32,497 nucleotides of DNA, from contig NC_057756.1 of NCBI RefSeq assembly GCF_004010195.1, positions 6,344,037 to 6,376,533 on the forward strand. Direction: 5' to 3'. The stretch is from Chiloscyllium plagiosum (Eukaryota). Positions 12,056 through 23,594 of the stretch are shown here, in pieces. The first letter of the stretch is position 1; each line of letters begins with the position of its first letter. The notes beneath the pieces are model-generated. The model worked only from the letters and a program-made list of their open reading frames with translations. It had not been told where the DNA came from and did no database searches. The position numbers and the translations under genes were made by a program.

Positions 12056-14299
12056 AACTGGACCTGATTTTGGAAAATGAGCCTGGCCAGGTGAGGAGCA
12101 TTTTGGGAGTAGTGACCATCATTCTATGAGATTTAAGGCACTCATGAATGGGGATAAACAGCAGTTTGCAGGTGAATGCATTAAATTGGGGGAAGGCAAA
12201 CTACAACAATATTAGGCAGGAACTGGAGAACTTTGATTGGAGGCAGCTGTTTGAGGGTAAATCCACATTGGGCATGTGGGAGTATTTCAAATGGCAGTTG
12301 ATAAGAGTTCAGGAGCAGCATGTTCTTGCGAGAATGAAGGATAGGTATGGCACATTAGTGAATGTTCAATGACCAGGGATGTTATAACCTTGGTCAAAAA
12401 GAAACAGGAAGCATACGTACAGTCTAGAAGCATGGGAACCGACAAAGCCCTTGAAGTATATGAGGAAAGTAGGGAAGAACTTAAACAAGGAATTAGAAGG
12501 GCAAAAAGGGGTCATAAAAAGCTGTTAGCAGACAAAATTAAGGAGAATACCAAGGCTTTTTATACATATTTAAAAAGCAAGAGGGTAGCCAGGGAAAGGG
12601 TTAGCCCACACAAGGACAAAGAAGGGAATCTAAGTATAAAGCCAGAACAGTTTGGTGAGGTCCTAAATAAATACTTTGTGTTGGTATTCACCAAAGAAAA
12701 GGAATTGGTGGACGATGACCTCAGCGAAGGAAGTGTCAAATTTCTCAGCCAAATTGCTGTTAAAAAGGAAGAGGTGTTGTGAGTCTTAAAAATATTAAGG
12801 CAGATAAGTCCCTGGGTCCTAGTGGAATCTATCCCAGAATGTTGAGGAAAGCAAGAGAACAAATTGTTGGGGCATTGAAAGACATCTTGTTTAAGAAGGG
12901 GAGTAGGGATTATCCAGCAAATTACAGGCCTGTGAGCCTCACAACAGTGGTAGAGAAATTATTGGAAAAGATTCTCAGGGACAAGATCTATACGCATTCA
13001 GAAGCCAATGGACTTATTAACGATAGAGATCATGGTTTTGTGTGGGGGAGGTCGTGCCTCACTAAACTTGATCAAGCATTTTGAGGAGGTGACGAAGATG
13101 ATTAATGAGGGAAAAGCAGTTGATGTTGTTTACATGGACTTCAGTAAAGCCTTTGACACGGTCCCTCACGGGTGACTGGTACAAAAGATGAATTCATATG
13201 GAATCAGGGGTGCACTGGTAAGATGAATACAGTTATAGAAGCCAGAGGGTAGCAATGGAGGGATGCTTTTCAGAATGGAGGGTTGTGACTCGTGATATTC
13301 CACAGGGATCAGTGCTGGGACCTCTTGCTGTTCTTGGTCTACATAAATGATTTGGAGGAAAACATAGCTGGCCTAATTAGTAAGTTCGTGGACGATACAA
13401 AGATTGATGGAGTTGCTGACAGTGAGGGTACAGCAGGATATAGATCCATTGGAGGCATGGGCAGAAAAATGGCAGATGGAATTTAATCTGGACCAGTGTG
13501 AGGTAATGCATTTTGGAAGGTCAAGTACAGGTGGAAATTATACAGTGAACGACAGACCCCTTAGGAGTATCGATATGCAGAGGGATCTGGGTGTGCAGGT
13601 CCACAGATCACTGAAGGTGGCAGCACAGGTAGATAAGAGAGTCAAAAAAGGCTTATGGCATGCTTATCTTCATTGGAAGGGGCATTGAGTATAAGGATAG
13701 ACAAGTTATACTGCAGCTTTATAGAACATTAGTTCAGCCACACTTGGAGTATTGCTGCAGTTCTGGTCACCATGCTCCCAGAAAGACATGGATGCTTTGG
13801 AAAGGCAACAGAAAAGGTTTCCTAGGATGTTGCCAGGTATGGAGGATTTTAGCAATGAAGAACGGTTGGATAGACTGGGTTTGTTTTCACGGGAATGCAG
13901 GAAGTTGAGGGGTGACCTGATAGAGGTTTACAATAGTGTGAATGATATGGAAAGAGTAGGAAATATGTGGATTTTTCCCCAGAGTGGAGGGGTCAATGAC
14001 CAGGAGTCACAAGTTTAAGGTGCAAGGGGGGGGGGCAAGGCCAGGTTAGTGCGTGATGTGCTGCCTGAGGAAGAGGTAGAAGCAGACGCAATAGCAGCAT
14101 TCAAGAAAAACCCTGATGAACATATGAATAGGAAAGGAATAGAGGGATACAGATCCTATAAGTGAAGACAGTTTCAGTATGGAAGGGCAAAATGTGTCAG
14201 TGTAACCTTGCAAGACCAAAGGGCCTGGTCCTGTGGTTTAATGTTCTTTGTTCTTCTTTGAATCACAGAAGGTCAGTCTAAGGGCACAGGAAGTACTCA

Positions 14300-14900
14300 G
14301 GAAAGCTATTGGATGTGATGGGTTATCGTGAAGGCAATTGAATATAAGAGTAGGCAGTTTATCCTTCTGTTATACTGGGCATTGGGGTTACCACATCTGG
14401 AGTGCTATGTGCAGTACTGTACTTACAGGAGAATGTTAATGCATTGGAAGCAGTTCAGTGAAGGTTTGCTAGACTAATACCTGGAATGAGCAGATTGCTT
14501 TATGAGAAAAGGTTAGACCTGTATCCTCTGGGTTTAAAATAGTCAGAGGTAACTTAGTTGATATATACGAGACGCTAAAGTGGCTTGACTGGGCGGATGT
14601 TGAAAGGATGCTTCCTCTTGTGGGAGAATCTCCGTCCAGGGGTCAGACATTAAAAATAAGATGGTGTCCATTTCAAACAGAGATGGGGGAATTTTTTTTC
14701 TCTCAGAGAATTGAGAGACTTTGGAACTCCCTTCCACAACAGGCAGTGGATACCAAAACTCTAAATATTGCTAAGGCAAAGGTAGTTAGATTCTCGATGA
14801 CCAAGGAGATGAAAGTGATTGGGTCATATGCAGGAATGTCGAATTAAGGTTAAGATAAGGATCAGATAAGCTCTGCGTTTATTTAATGCTGAAGCTGACT
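14300..14900 (+). mobile_element. Old CR1 3' fragment
   Basis: FFSQRIERLWNSLPQQAV peptide typical of the CR1 ORF2 C-terminus. Confidence 0.7.
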
Positions 14901-16280
14901 CGAGTACATGAAAACACAATCCTCTTCCATGCTAGCTCAGTGTAATGTCATAATTTGTTTTTATTATATTCATTTTGTGAGTTATGGCTGGGCTAGTATT
15001 TATTGCCTGTTCCCAGTTGCTCTTTAGAAGGTGGTATTGAGCTGCCTTTTTGAGTCACTGCAGTCCACCTGCTGTGAGTTGACCCACAATGCCATTATGG
15101 AGAGATTTCAAGGGTTTTGAACAAAGCGACAGTGAAGGAACACCAATATATTACCAAGTCAGGATGGTGAGTGGCTAGAAGGGGAACTTGAAGATGGTGG
15201 TGTTTCCATGTATCTGCTGCCCTTCTAGATGGAGGTAGTCGTGAGTTTGGAAAGTGCTGTCTGAGGGCTTTGGGTGAATTTCTGCAGTGCATCTTGTTGA
15301 TAATACACACTGCTGCTACTGAGCGTCAGTGGTGGAAAGAGTGGATGCTGTGCCAATCAAGTGGGCTGCTTTGTCCTGGATGGTGTTAAGCTTCTTTAGT
15401 GTTGTTGGGGCTATACTCATCCAGGCAATTCCGTCACACTCCTGACTTGGGCCTTGTAGATGATGAACAGGCTTTTGGGAGTCAGGTGCTGAGTTACTCG
15501 TCGCAGTATCCTTAGCCTCTGACCTGCTCTTGTAGCCAGTGCAGGTGAGTCTAGTTGAGTTTCAGATCAATGATAATTCCAAGGATGTTGATAGTGGGGG
15601 ATAAAGTGATGGTAACACCACTGAATGTCAAGGGACAGTGGTGACGGTCATAGCCTGGCATTTGTGTGGCACAAGTGTTACTTGCCACTCATCAGGCCAA
15701 GCCTGGATATTATCCAGATCGTGATGTATTTGCACACAGACTGCTTCAGTTTCTGAGGAGTGGCGAATGGTGCTGAACATTGTGCAAACATTCCTATTCT
15801 TCCCTTATAATGGAAGAAGGGATGAAACAGCTGAAGATGATTGGGCCCAGGACACTATCCTGAGGAACTCCTGCAGAGATATCCTGGAGCTGAGATGACT
15901 GATCTCCAACAACCATGACCATTTTCCTGTTTGTCAGGTATGACTCCAACTACCAGAGTTTGCCCCCAATATCCATTGATTCCAGTTTTGCCAGGGCTCC
16001 TTGATGCCAGGTTAGGAGCTGAGTGGCCCTGGCAGAACCCAAACTGGGCATCACTGAGCAGGTTATTGCTGAACATGTGATGACACCTTCCATCACTTTA
16101 CTGATGATCGACAGTAGACAGATGGGGTGGTAATTGGCTGGGTTGGATTTGTCCTGCTTTTTTATGTAGAGGACATACCTGGGCAATTTTCTACATTGTC
16201 AGGTAGCCGCTAGTGTTATAACTTTACTGAAACAGGTTGGCTAGGGGAGAGGCAAGTTCTGGAGCACAGGTTTTCACTAT

Positions 16281-16940
16281 TGTGTGGATATAAGAAAACA
16301 GTGTGATTGAGCCAATGTCATACAACGGTTAAAAATATAAGAAAACAGCTTATCTGATTGAGTTAATAGCATAGAACAGTTAAATTTATTTCTGCTGCCA
16401 TGGGAGTTACATAACAAACAGAGTGTTGAACAACTTATCTAAACATGTCCACAGGTTACCACAAACTGAACATAACAGTTAAGTCAACTAACTTGTTGAT
16501 GGAATGTCATATTGTAATTGGCTTATTGAGTGGCTAAGAGAAAGTGAGGACTGCAGATCCCGGAGAGTGTGGTGCTGGAAAAGCACAGGTCAGGCAGCAT
16601 CTGAGGAGTAGGAGAATCGATGTTTCAGGCATAGTCCTGATTGATTCCTGATGAAGGGCTTATACTCGAAACATTGATTCTCCTGCTCCTCCGATGCTGC
16701 CTGATCTGCTGTGCTTTTTCAGCACCACATGCTCAACTTATTGTGTTGCTAAGGCTTGAAGAGGAAATATAAAGCTATCAGTATCTTAATGTTTAAAAAT
16801 GTAAGCTGAACTGAGAATCGACACAGTTACACGTTTATTCTCAGCAGCCAGAAAGTAACTGGCACTGCTTCTTAATAAAAAATTCTCAAATATATACCTT
16901 GTGATGACTGGGTATTCTAAGAAAAAGAGAGCATCCAACA
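16281..16940 (+). mobile_element. Solo LTR (second family)
   Basis: TGTGTGGAT...ATCCAACA imperfect terminal inverted repeat; 14-bp direct repeat atataagaaaacag (16288, 16335); TATAAA at 16768; AATAAA at 16874; LINE resumes on both sides; TSD degenerate (ctat/gtac). Confidence 0.75.
16539..16736. mobile_element. Palindromic Penelope-derived insert (two inverted termini)
   Basis: Arms at about 16568-16635 and 16655-16729 are reverse complements; 17-bp TSD cttattgagtggctaag / cttattgtgttgctaag at 16522-16538 and 16737-16753. Confidence 0.8.
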
Positions 16941-17370
16941 GTACTATTGCAGAATATTGTTAGGGTCTGTAGCCTTTCTAGTATCCCGTGCCTCCAACCA
17001 TTTCTTAACATCACGTGGAGGAAATGAAACTTGCTAAATTCTGGTGTCTGTGATGCTGGGGACCATTGACGGAGGTTGAGATGGATCATCCACTTGGCAA
17101 TTCTGCCTGAAAATTGCTGTGAATGCTTCAGCCTTATCCTTTGCGCTAATGTGCTGGACTCTACCATCATTGAGGATGGGGATATTTGTGGAGCCCCCTC
17201 CTCCAGTGAATTGTTTAAGCATCCAGCACTATTCACAACTAGATGTGGCAGAACTGCAGAGCTTTGATATGATCCATTGGTTGTGGCATTCCTCAGGTCT
17301 GTCTACCACTTGTGGCTTGGCATCGAGGCATCCTGTTTGATGGCTTCACCAGGGTGACATTTCATCATGA

Positions 17371-17870
17371 NNNNNNNNNNNNNNNNNNNNNNNNNNNNNN
17401 NNNNNNNNNNNNNNNNNNNNNNNNNNNNNNNNNNNNNNNNNNNNNNNNNNNNNNNNNNNNNNNNNNNNNNNNNNNNNNNNNNNNNNNNNNNNNNNNNNNN
17501 NNNNNNNNNNNNNNNNNNNNNNNNNNNNNNNNNNNNNNNNNNNNNNNNNNNNNNNNNNNNNNNNNNNNNNNNNNNNNNNNNNNNNNNNNNNNNNNNNNNN
17601 NNNNNNNNNNNNNNNNNNNNNNNNNNNNNNNNNNNNNNNNNNNNNNNNNNNNNNNNNNNNNNNNNNNNNNNNNNNNNNNNNNNNNNNNNNNNNNNNNNNN
17701 NNNNNNNNNNNNNNNNNNNNNNNNNNNNNNNNNNNNNNNNNNNNNNNNNNNNNNNNNNNNNNNNNNNNNNNNNNNNNNNNNNNNNNNNNNNNNNNNNNNN
17801 NNNNNNNNNNNNNNNNNNNNNNNNNNNNNNNNNNNNNNNNNNNNNNNNNNNNNNNNNNNNNNNNNNNNNN
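17371..17870. other. Assembly gap, 500 N
   Basis: Run of N; the round size suggests an unsized join. Confidence 0.99.
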
Positions 17871-18175
17871 AGACAACAGGGAGTAACAGATGAAAGAAGA
17901 TCTGTAAAAGAGAGCAGAGACAACAGCGAGTAACAGATGAAAGAAGATGTAAAAGAGAGCAGGGAGCAAAATATAGATAGAGAGAGATAGGGACGCATGG
18001 CAGGGGGAAGAGAGAGAGAAAACGCGCGAGATGGGCAAAATATCAGGGAGAAAGAGATAGATTCCAAGAGTGAGTAGGAGAAAGAAGAAGACAGAGATGA
18101 AGGGATAGATGACAGAGATTTAGGAAAGAGAAAGAGAGAGGAGATTGAGAGACAGAAAAGAGAGGAAGAGAGAGA
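17871..18175. repeat. GA-rich low-complexity tract with a roughly 47-bp duplicated unit
   Basis: agacaacag(g/c)gagtaacagatgaaagaagat..gtaaaagagagcag occurs twice, followed by purine-rich sequence. Confidence 0.8.
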
Positions 18176-19360
18176 TTATGTTCTAATCATCATGAAAAGC
18201 AATAAAGTATAAGAGCAAAACAATTTCACATAAGCACAATCATCCATTGTTATTTGGCAGGTTTAATCTGTTTACTTCAATGATCAGACTCCAGATCAAT
18301 ACCAAATAACCATGAATCAGTAAATGATCTTTAAATTGTACTGCTCCATTTTGATTAACTAGCTGACTCAAAGAGAGATCTGACAGACGTATTGGCAGTC
18401 AGTCCTCTCAAGGCATTCAGCAATGGACACAGTCAACCAGAACCAGTTGATGCATTTCCACTCTTACTCATCTTTGATGTTTGGAAACAGATTGATATGG
18501 AAGGATCATATGTGGATATTGAGAATAAAAATATTGATATGTTCAGAAATTCTGGATTAAAAGGAATTTACCAGGATTGTGAAGGAATGTGCATAGTTCG
18601 ACAATAACGAGAGTACTGACTCACCAATGAACTAATGAAAAGTTGAGTGAATTTGGAAAATAGGTGAGCAAAGCTTTTTAAGATACAGCGCCTGACTTTG
18701 CTGTCCACACCTGAGGCGCCCCCCCAACCTCCTCCTGCAATTCTGTCTGCTAAAGGTTACCTAGCAAGACTCTTGATTTGAATCATTTTTGTGCAGGACA
18801 CCTGAGTCTGTCAGTAAAGGAGAGACAACCTCCTGCAGCAATATGATGTCTCACCCCCTAAAAAAAGAGATTAAGGAGAAATCTTAGAACAGGACAGGCT
18901 GCACAGATTGTATTCTCTCTCTCACACAGAAATATTTCTGTGATCCAGCGAATGTTCCAGATATAAGCCATCTCTGACTACTTCATAAGCCCCGAAAAGT
19001 CAAAGCATGTCCACTCAAAGGCCAAAGCCTGATTGTCCTTCTGTGTGAACTGAAGTGAGCCTGAAGGTATCTGAAGAAATTTTCTCACTCCACATCAGTG
19101 AGCATTTTGATTTCATCAACAGAAAATTCCGGAAATTTAAAGATCACATTTACCTTTTGTGTTCGGTCCAATGGCCCACAGAGAGCAGGCCTTCTGAATT
19201 TTTAAATTTAGTTTTCTCCATCTTTGTCTGTCTGTATGTCTCTTTCTCACTCTCTCTCTCTCTCTCTCTGCCTCTCCCCCTCAATCACCTTCCCTTTTTC
19301 TCTGTCTCTGGAATATACCTTAGTTGCTCACCCATTCTGTAACTTAAGGAATTGTTTTTT

Positions 19361-19678
19361 TTAGATTAGATTAGATTACTTACATTGTGGAAACAGGCCC
19401 TTCGGCCCAACAAGTCCACACCGACCCGCCCGAAGCGCAATCCACCCATACCCCTACATTTACCCCTTACCTAACACTACAGGGAATTTAGCATGGCCAA
19501 TTCACATGACCTGCACATCTGTGGACTGTGGGAGGAAACCGGAGCACCTGGAGGAAACCCACGCAGACACGGGGAGAATGTGCAAACTCCACACAGTCAG
19601 TCGCCTAAGGTGGGAAATGAACCCGGGTCTCTGGCGCTGTGAGGCAGCAGTGCTAACCACTGTGCCACCGTGCCACCC
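19361..19678 (-). mobile_element. Full-length young HE1-like tRNA-derived SINE
   Basis: Reverse complement begins gggtggcacggtggcacagtggttagc (A box), ggttcatttcc (B box); CR1-like 3' end and (aatct)n tail. Confidence 0.92.
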
Positions 19679-20007
19679 ATTTTCTTTTATGATAAATGAG
19701 ATACCTCTGAGTTTATCAGAAATCCATTGAAAGTCACCTTTGTTCTGATAATGGAAATTAAGGAAAATAATTTAGCTATTTTACCAATTGAATTAATACA
19801 TTGAAACTTTAAGCAGGACTGTTCTTTCAGTCAGCAGGACACCCTGTGCCAGACACATCATATATTCCTCAATAAAGTTTCTAGACCCTGAGTGTTTACT
19901 CTTCTGTCAGTCATCTCTCCATTCTCCTGCCCAATTACAGCCCTCCCTTAACCCTGCACCCATTCAGCTTCAAGCCAATTCCTTCTCAATCATTGCACAG
20001 TTCTGAC

Positions 20008-20129
20008 CTTGATGAGGAGGGATTTCCGAATGACATCCAGAGCTCCTTTAGCAGGGACAATCGCCATCTCATTCCCACACAGAGTCTCAGAGGCAATCGA
20101 TTCAGCTTGCACTGTCAAATTCTGCTGGC
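20008..20129 (-). CDS. A2M: Alpha-2-macroglobulin-family internal exon (122 bp, phase 1 to 0), MG7 region
   Basis: gatccag acceptor and gtcaga donor; encodes (G)QQNLTVQAESIASETLCGNEMAIVPAKGALDVIRKSLLIK, aligning by eye to human A2M [41 protein letters not shown]. Confidence 0.9.
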
Positions 20130-20139
20130 CTGGATCATT

Positions 20140-20187
<48 letters not shown>

Positions 20188-20202
20188 CAGAGAAAGAGGA
20201 GA
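20140..20202. repeat. (AG)n microsatellite
   Basis: Direct reading; it is (CT)n on the gene strand just upstream of the acceptor. Confidence 0.95.
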
Positions 20203-21953
20203 AATGTGAGCATGAATCAGGGCTGATTTATTCCTTCTATATCCCACAGACTGGACAAGGATGGGAGCAGGAACATGGGATGATGCTCCCGAATCTTCCC
20301 TAAACTGGGGATCACTGGACAGTGATCAGGAACCGGAGCACAGACTGATTCATCTTCTCGGTCCTTAATCTGGGATCATTCCACAGGGATTACGAATGGA
20401 ACACTGTGTTGATTCTCCCTTTCCCTCCCTTTTTGCTATTGCTGTTGGGGAGGTTTTAAACTAATGTGGCAGAGGGCTGGGAACCAGAAGAGAAGACTAG
20501 TAGATAGTGAGGTGGAAACTGGAGACTATAACGATCACAAAGTTAGCATTACCAAGGGGACGAGTAGGCAGAAAGCAGATGAACGCAAAAGAATTGGTGG
20601 ATTGAAGTGCATATACTTTAATGCAAGGAGTATAGTGGGTAAGGCAGATGAAGTTAGGGCTTAGATTGGTACCTGGGAGTATGATGTTATTGCGATCACA
20701 GAGACTTGGTTGAAGGAAAGGCATGATCGGCAACTAAATGTTCCAGGATATAGATGCTTCAGACAGAACAGGGAGGCAAGTAAACGGGGGGTGGGGGAGG
20801 TCAGGCATTGCTGGTCAGGGATGATAACACGGCTGTGCTGAAGGAAGACACAATGGAGGGCTTGAGCAGTGAGTCTTTATGGGTAGAGCTGAGAAATAAG
20901 AAGGGTGCAGTTATATTGGTGGGGCTCCCAACAGTGAGCGTGAGGTAGAAGAACAAATATTACAGAAAGAAGTAGAGGCAATAGGGTAGTCATGATGGGA
21001 GATGTAATTTTCCCAACATTGATTGGGATACAATTAGTGTCAGAGGTCTGGATGGGGCAGAATTTGTAAGGAGAATCCAGGAATGTTTTCTAGAGCAGTA
21101 TGTCAATAGTCCGATGAGGGAAGGGGCCATATTGGACCTGGTGTTGGGGAATGAGCCAGGGCAGGTGGGAGAAGTTGCGATGGGGGATTTCTTTGGAAAT
21201 GGTGACCACAATTCTGCAAGTTTTAAAATACTTGTAGACAAAGATGAAAGTGATGGCCCTAAGGGAAGAGTACTAAACTAGGCCAAGGCCAATCATATCT
21301 AAATTAGGCAGGAGCTGGGAAAAGTGGATTGGACACAGTTATTTGAAGGGAAGTCCATATTTGATAATGTGGGAGGCTTTCAAAGATAGGTTGAAGATAG
21401 TGCAGGATAGGCATGTCCCTTTGAAAACATAGCATAGGAAAGGCAAGATTTGTGAACCATGCATGACAGGAGAAATTGTGCGACTAGCCAAGAGGAAAAG
21501 GGAAACATACATAAGGTCCAGGCAGCTAAGAACAGAACGGGCCCTGGAGGAATATCAGGAGAGTAGGACCATTCTTAAATAAGGAATCAAGCGGGCTAAA
21601 AGGGGTCATGAAATAGCTTTAGCAAGCAGAATTAAGGAGAATCCCAAAGCTTTTTTATTCTTACATAAGAAGCAAGAGAATAATGAGAGAAAGGGTTGGC
21701 CCACTAAAGGATAAGGAAGGAAGGTTGTGTGGAGAACCTGAGAAAATGGACACGATGAATGTTGAGATTAGAGATAGAAGTTTGATTACTCAGGATCATG
21801 TTGACATAAGTAGGGAAGATGTGTTGGGAAGGCTAAAGGATATTAAGGTGAACAAATCCCCAGAACTGGATGAGATCTATCCCAGGTTGCTGAGGGAAGC
21901 AAGAGAGCTGGGGCCCTGACAGATATCTTTGTGACAGATATCTTTCCTTTAGT

Positions 21954-22238
21954 GGGCGGCACGGTGGCACAGTGGTTAGCACTGTTGCCTCACAGCGTCA
22001 GAGACCCGGGTTCAATTCCCGCCTCAGGCGACTGACTGTGTGGAGTTTGCACGTTCTCCCCGTGTCTGCGTGGGTTTCCTCCGGGTGCTCCGGTTTCCTC
22101 CCACAGTCCAAAGATGTGCAGGGTCAGGTGAATTGGCCATGCTAAATTGCCCGTAGTGTTAGGTAAGGGGTAAATGTAGGGGTATGGGTGGGTTGCGCTT
22201 CGGCGGGTCGGTGTGGACTTGTTGGGCCGAAGGGCCTG
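21954..22238 (+). mobile_element. Young HE1-like SINE, 3' end lost in the gap
   Basis: gggcggcacggtggcacagtggttagc A box, ggttcaattcc B box (22009-22019), CpGs intact. Confidence 0.92.
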
Positions 22239-22611
22239 NNNNNNNNNNNNNNNNNNNNNNNNNNNNNNNNNNNNNNNNNNNNNNNNNNNNNNNNNNNNNN
22301 NNNNNNNNNNNNNNNNNNNNNNNNNNNNNNNNNNNNNNNNNNNNNNNNNNNNNNNNNNNNNNNNNNNNNNNNNNNNNNNNNNNNNNNNNNNNNNNNNNNN
22401 NNNNNNNNNNNNNNNNNNNNNNNNNNNNNNNNNNNNNNNNNNNNNNNNNNNNNNNNNNNNNNNNNNNNNNNNNNNNNNNNNNNNNNNNNNNNNNNNNNNN
22501 NNNNNNNNNNNNNNNNNNNNNNNNNNNNNNNNNNNNNNNNNNNNNNNNNNNNNNNNNNNNNNNNNNNNNNNNNNNNNNNNNNNNNNNNNNNNNNNNNNNN
22601 NNNNNNNNNNN
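22239..22611. other. Assembly gap, 373 N
   Basis: Run of N inside the SINE/CR1. Confidence 0.99.
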
Positions 22612-23084
22612 TGTTGGTGTGATATACATAAATGATCTGGAAGAGGGCATTGTTGGTCTGATCAGTACGTTTGCAGATGACACAAAGATTGGTGGAGTAG
22701 CAAGAAAGCAGAGGGGACTGTCAAAGCATACAGGAGAATATAGATAGACTGGAGAGTTGGGCAGAAAAGTGGCAGATGGAGTTCAATCCAGACAAATGTG
22801 AGGTGATGCATTTTGGGAAGTCTAATTCTAGAGCAAATTATACAGTAAATGGAAGAGCCTTGGGAAAAGTTGTTGGGCAGAGAGATCGGGGAGTTCAGGT
22901 CCATTGTACCCCGAAGGCAGCTGCACAGGTGGATAGAGTGGTCAAGAAGGCATATGGTATACTTGCCTTCATCGTAAGGGGCATTGAGTATAAGAGCTGG
23001 CGGGTCATGTTAACATTGTACAAGACTTTGGTTCGGCTGCATTTAGAATACTGTAAAAAGGTAGATTTTTCCCTTTCTTCCCTA

Positions 23085-23357
23085 ACTCAGGGATTGGGAA
23101 CAGGTATCTGGAATGATTCTCCCCTTCCCCCCCTAACATAGGGATCGGAAGCAGGTACCCGGAATAATTTTTCCCCTCCCTCCTGAAACCAAGAATCGGA
23201 ATAGGTACCTGGAATGATTCTCCCCTTCCCTTCCAAACCCAGGGATTGGGAGCATGTACATGGAATGTGTCTCCCCTTCCTTGACTGACCCAGGGATTGG
23301 GAACAGTTACCTGAAATAGTTCTCCCCCTCTCTCCCTAACCCAGGGATCCGGAACAA
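23085..23357. repeat. Minisatellite, about 51-bp unit, about 5 copies
   Basis: cagggattgggaacaggtacctggaatgattctccccttccc..aacc repeated; more diverged relatives at about 20250-20430. Confidence 0.8.
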
Positions 23358-23404
23358 AGGCTCCTTGGCCCAGATTGGAGTCTGGTGCTCAGTAAATTAC
23401 TGAC

Positions 23405-23531
23405 CCAGTCCCGTGGCGAGGAGATGCCAGCTGAAAGTCTGACTGTCCTGGGAGCAGATGCAAGTCATATGTTTGGTGTCACTTTCTGCTGTTACAGTAA
23501 ATCCCTGGGCATTGAGCAGGGTCACTTTCAC
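23405..23531 (-). CDS. A2M: Alpha-2-macroglobulin-family internal exon (127 bp, phase 0 to 1); missed by the ORF track
   Basis: tttcctctttcctcag acceptor and gtcagt donor; encodes VKVTLLNAQGFTVTAESDTKHMTCICSQDSQTFSWHLLATGL(G), aligning to human A2M [32 protein letters not shown]; in phase with the 20008-20129 exon. Confidence 0.9.
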
Positions 23532-23594
23532 CTGAGGAAAGAGGAAATGGGTAAATGTGCCACAACGCAGGACTCAGTCCAGAAGTTCACAGCT

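Larger units (their letters stand above)
10905..14240 (+). mobile_element. Near full-length CR1 ORF2 remnant (EN+RT) with 3' tail, interrupted by an LTR-like insert
   Basis: CRPPNSQ..VVVSDFNF (EN), NYRPVSLT, HGFVWGRSCLT, KFVDDTKI, WAEKWQMEFN; tail gggcctggtcctgtg..tgttctttgttc at 14221-14260. Confidence 0.9.
14965..17370 (-). mobile_element. Family B non-LTR retrotransposon, interrupted by a solo LTR and ending at the gap
   Basis: KKQDKSNPANYHPICLLSIISKVMEG, NNLLSDAQFGF.QGHS, GGGGSTNIPILNDG..AKDKAEAF. Confidence 0.85.
20435..23054 (+). mobile_element. CR1 LINE remnant (ORF1 end, ORF2 EN and RT), 3'-truncated, spanning a SINE and a gap
   Basis: LKCIYFNARSIVGKADE, AITETWL, YINDLEEGIVGLISTFADDTKIGG, MEFNPDKCEVMHFG, LVRLHLEYC. 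Confidence 0.9.

Noticed and set aside
18600..19200. Minus-strand AG/GT-bounded candidate exons (about 18761-18858, 19154-19193) and an ILKSFAH peptide resembling A2M FVLKTFAQ
   Set aside because: Translations do not match the expected next A2M exons, contain stops or lack flanking conservation.
21954..22030. tRNA gene
   Set aside because: The A and B boxes belong to a tRNA-derived SINE head that continues into SINE body sequence; there is no cloverleaf.
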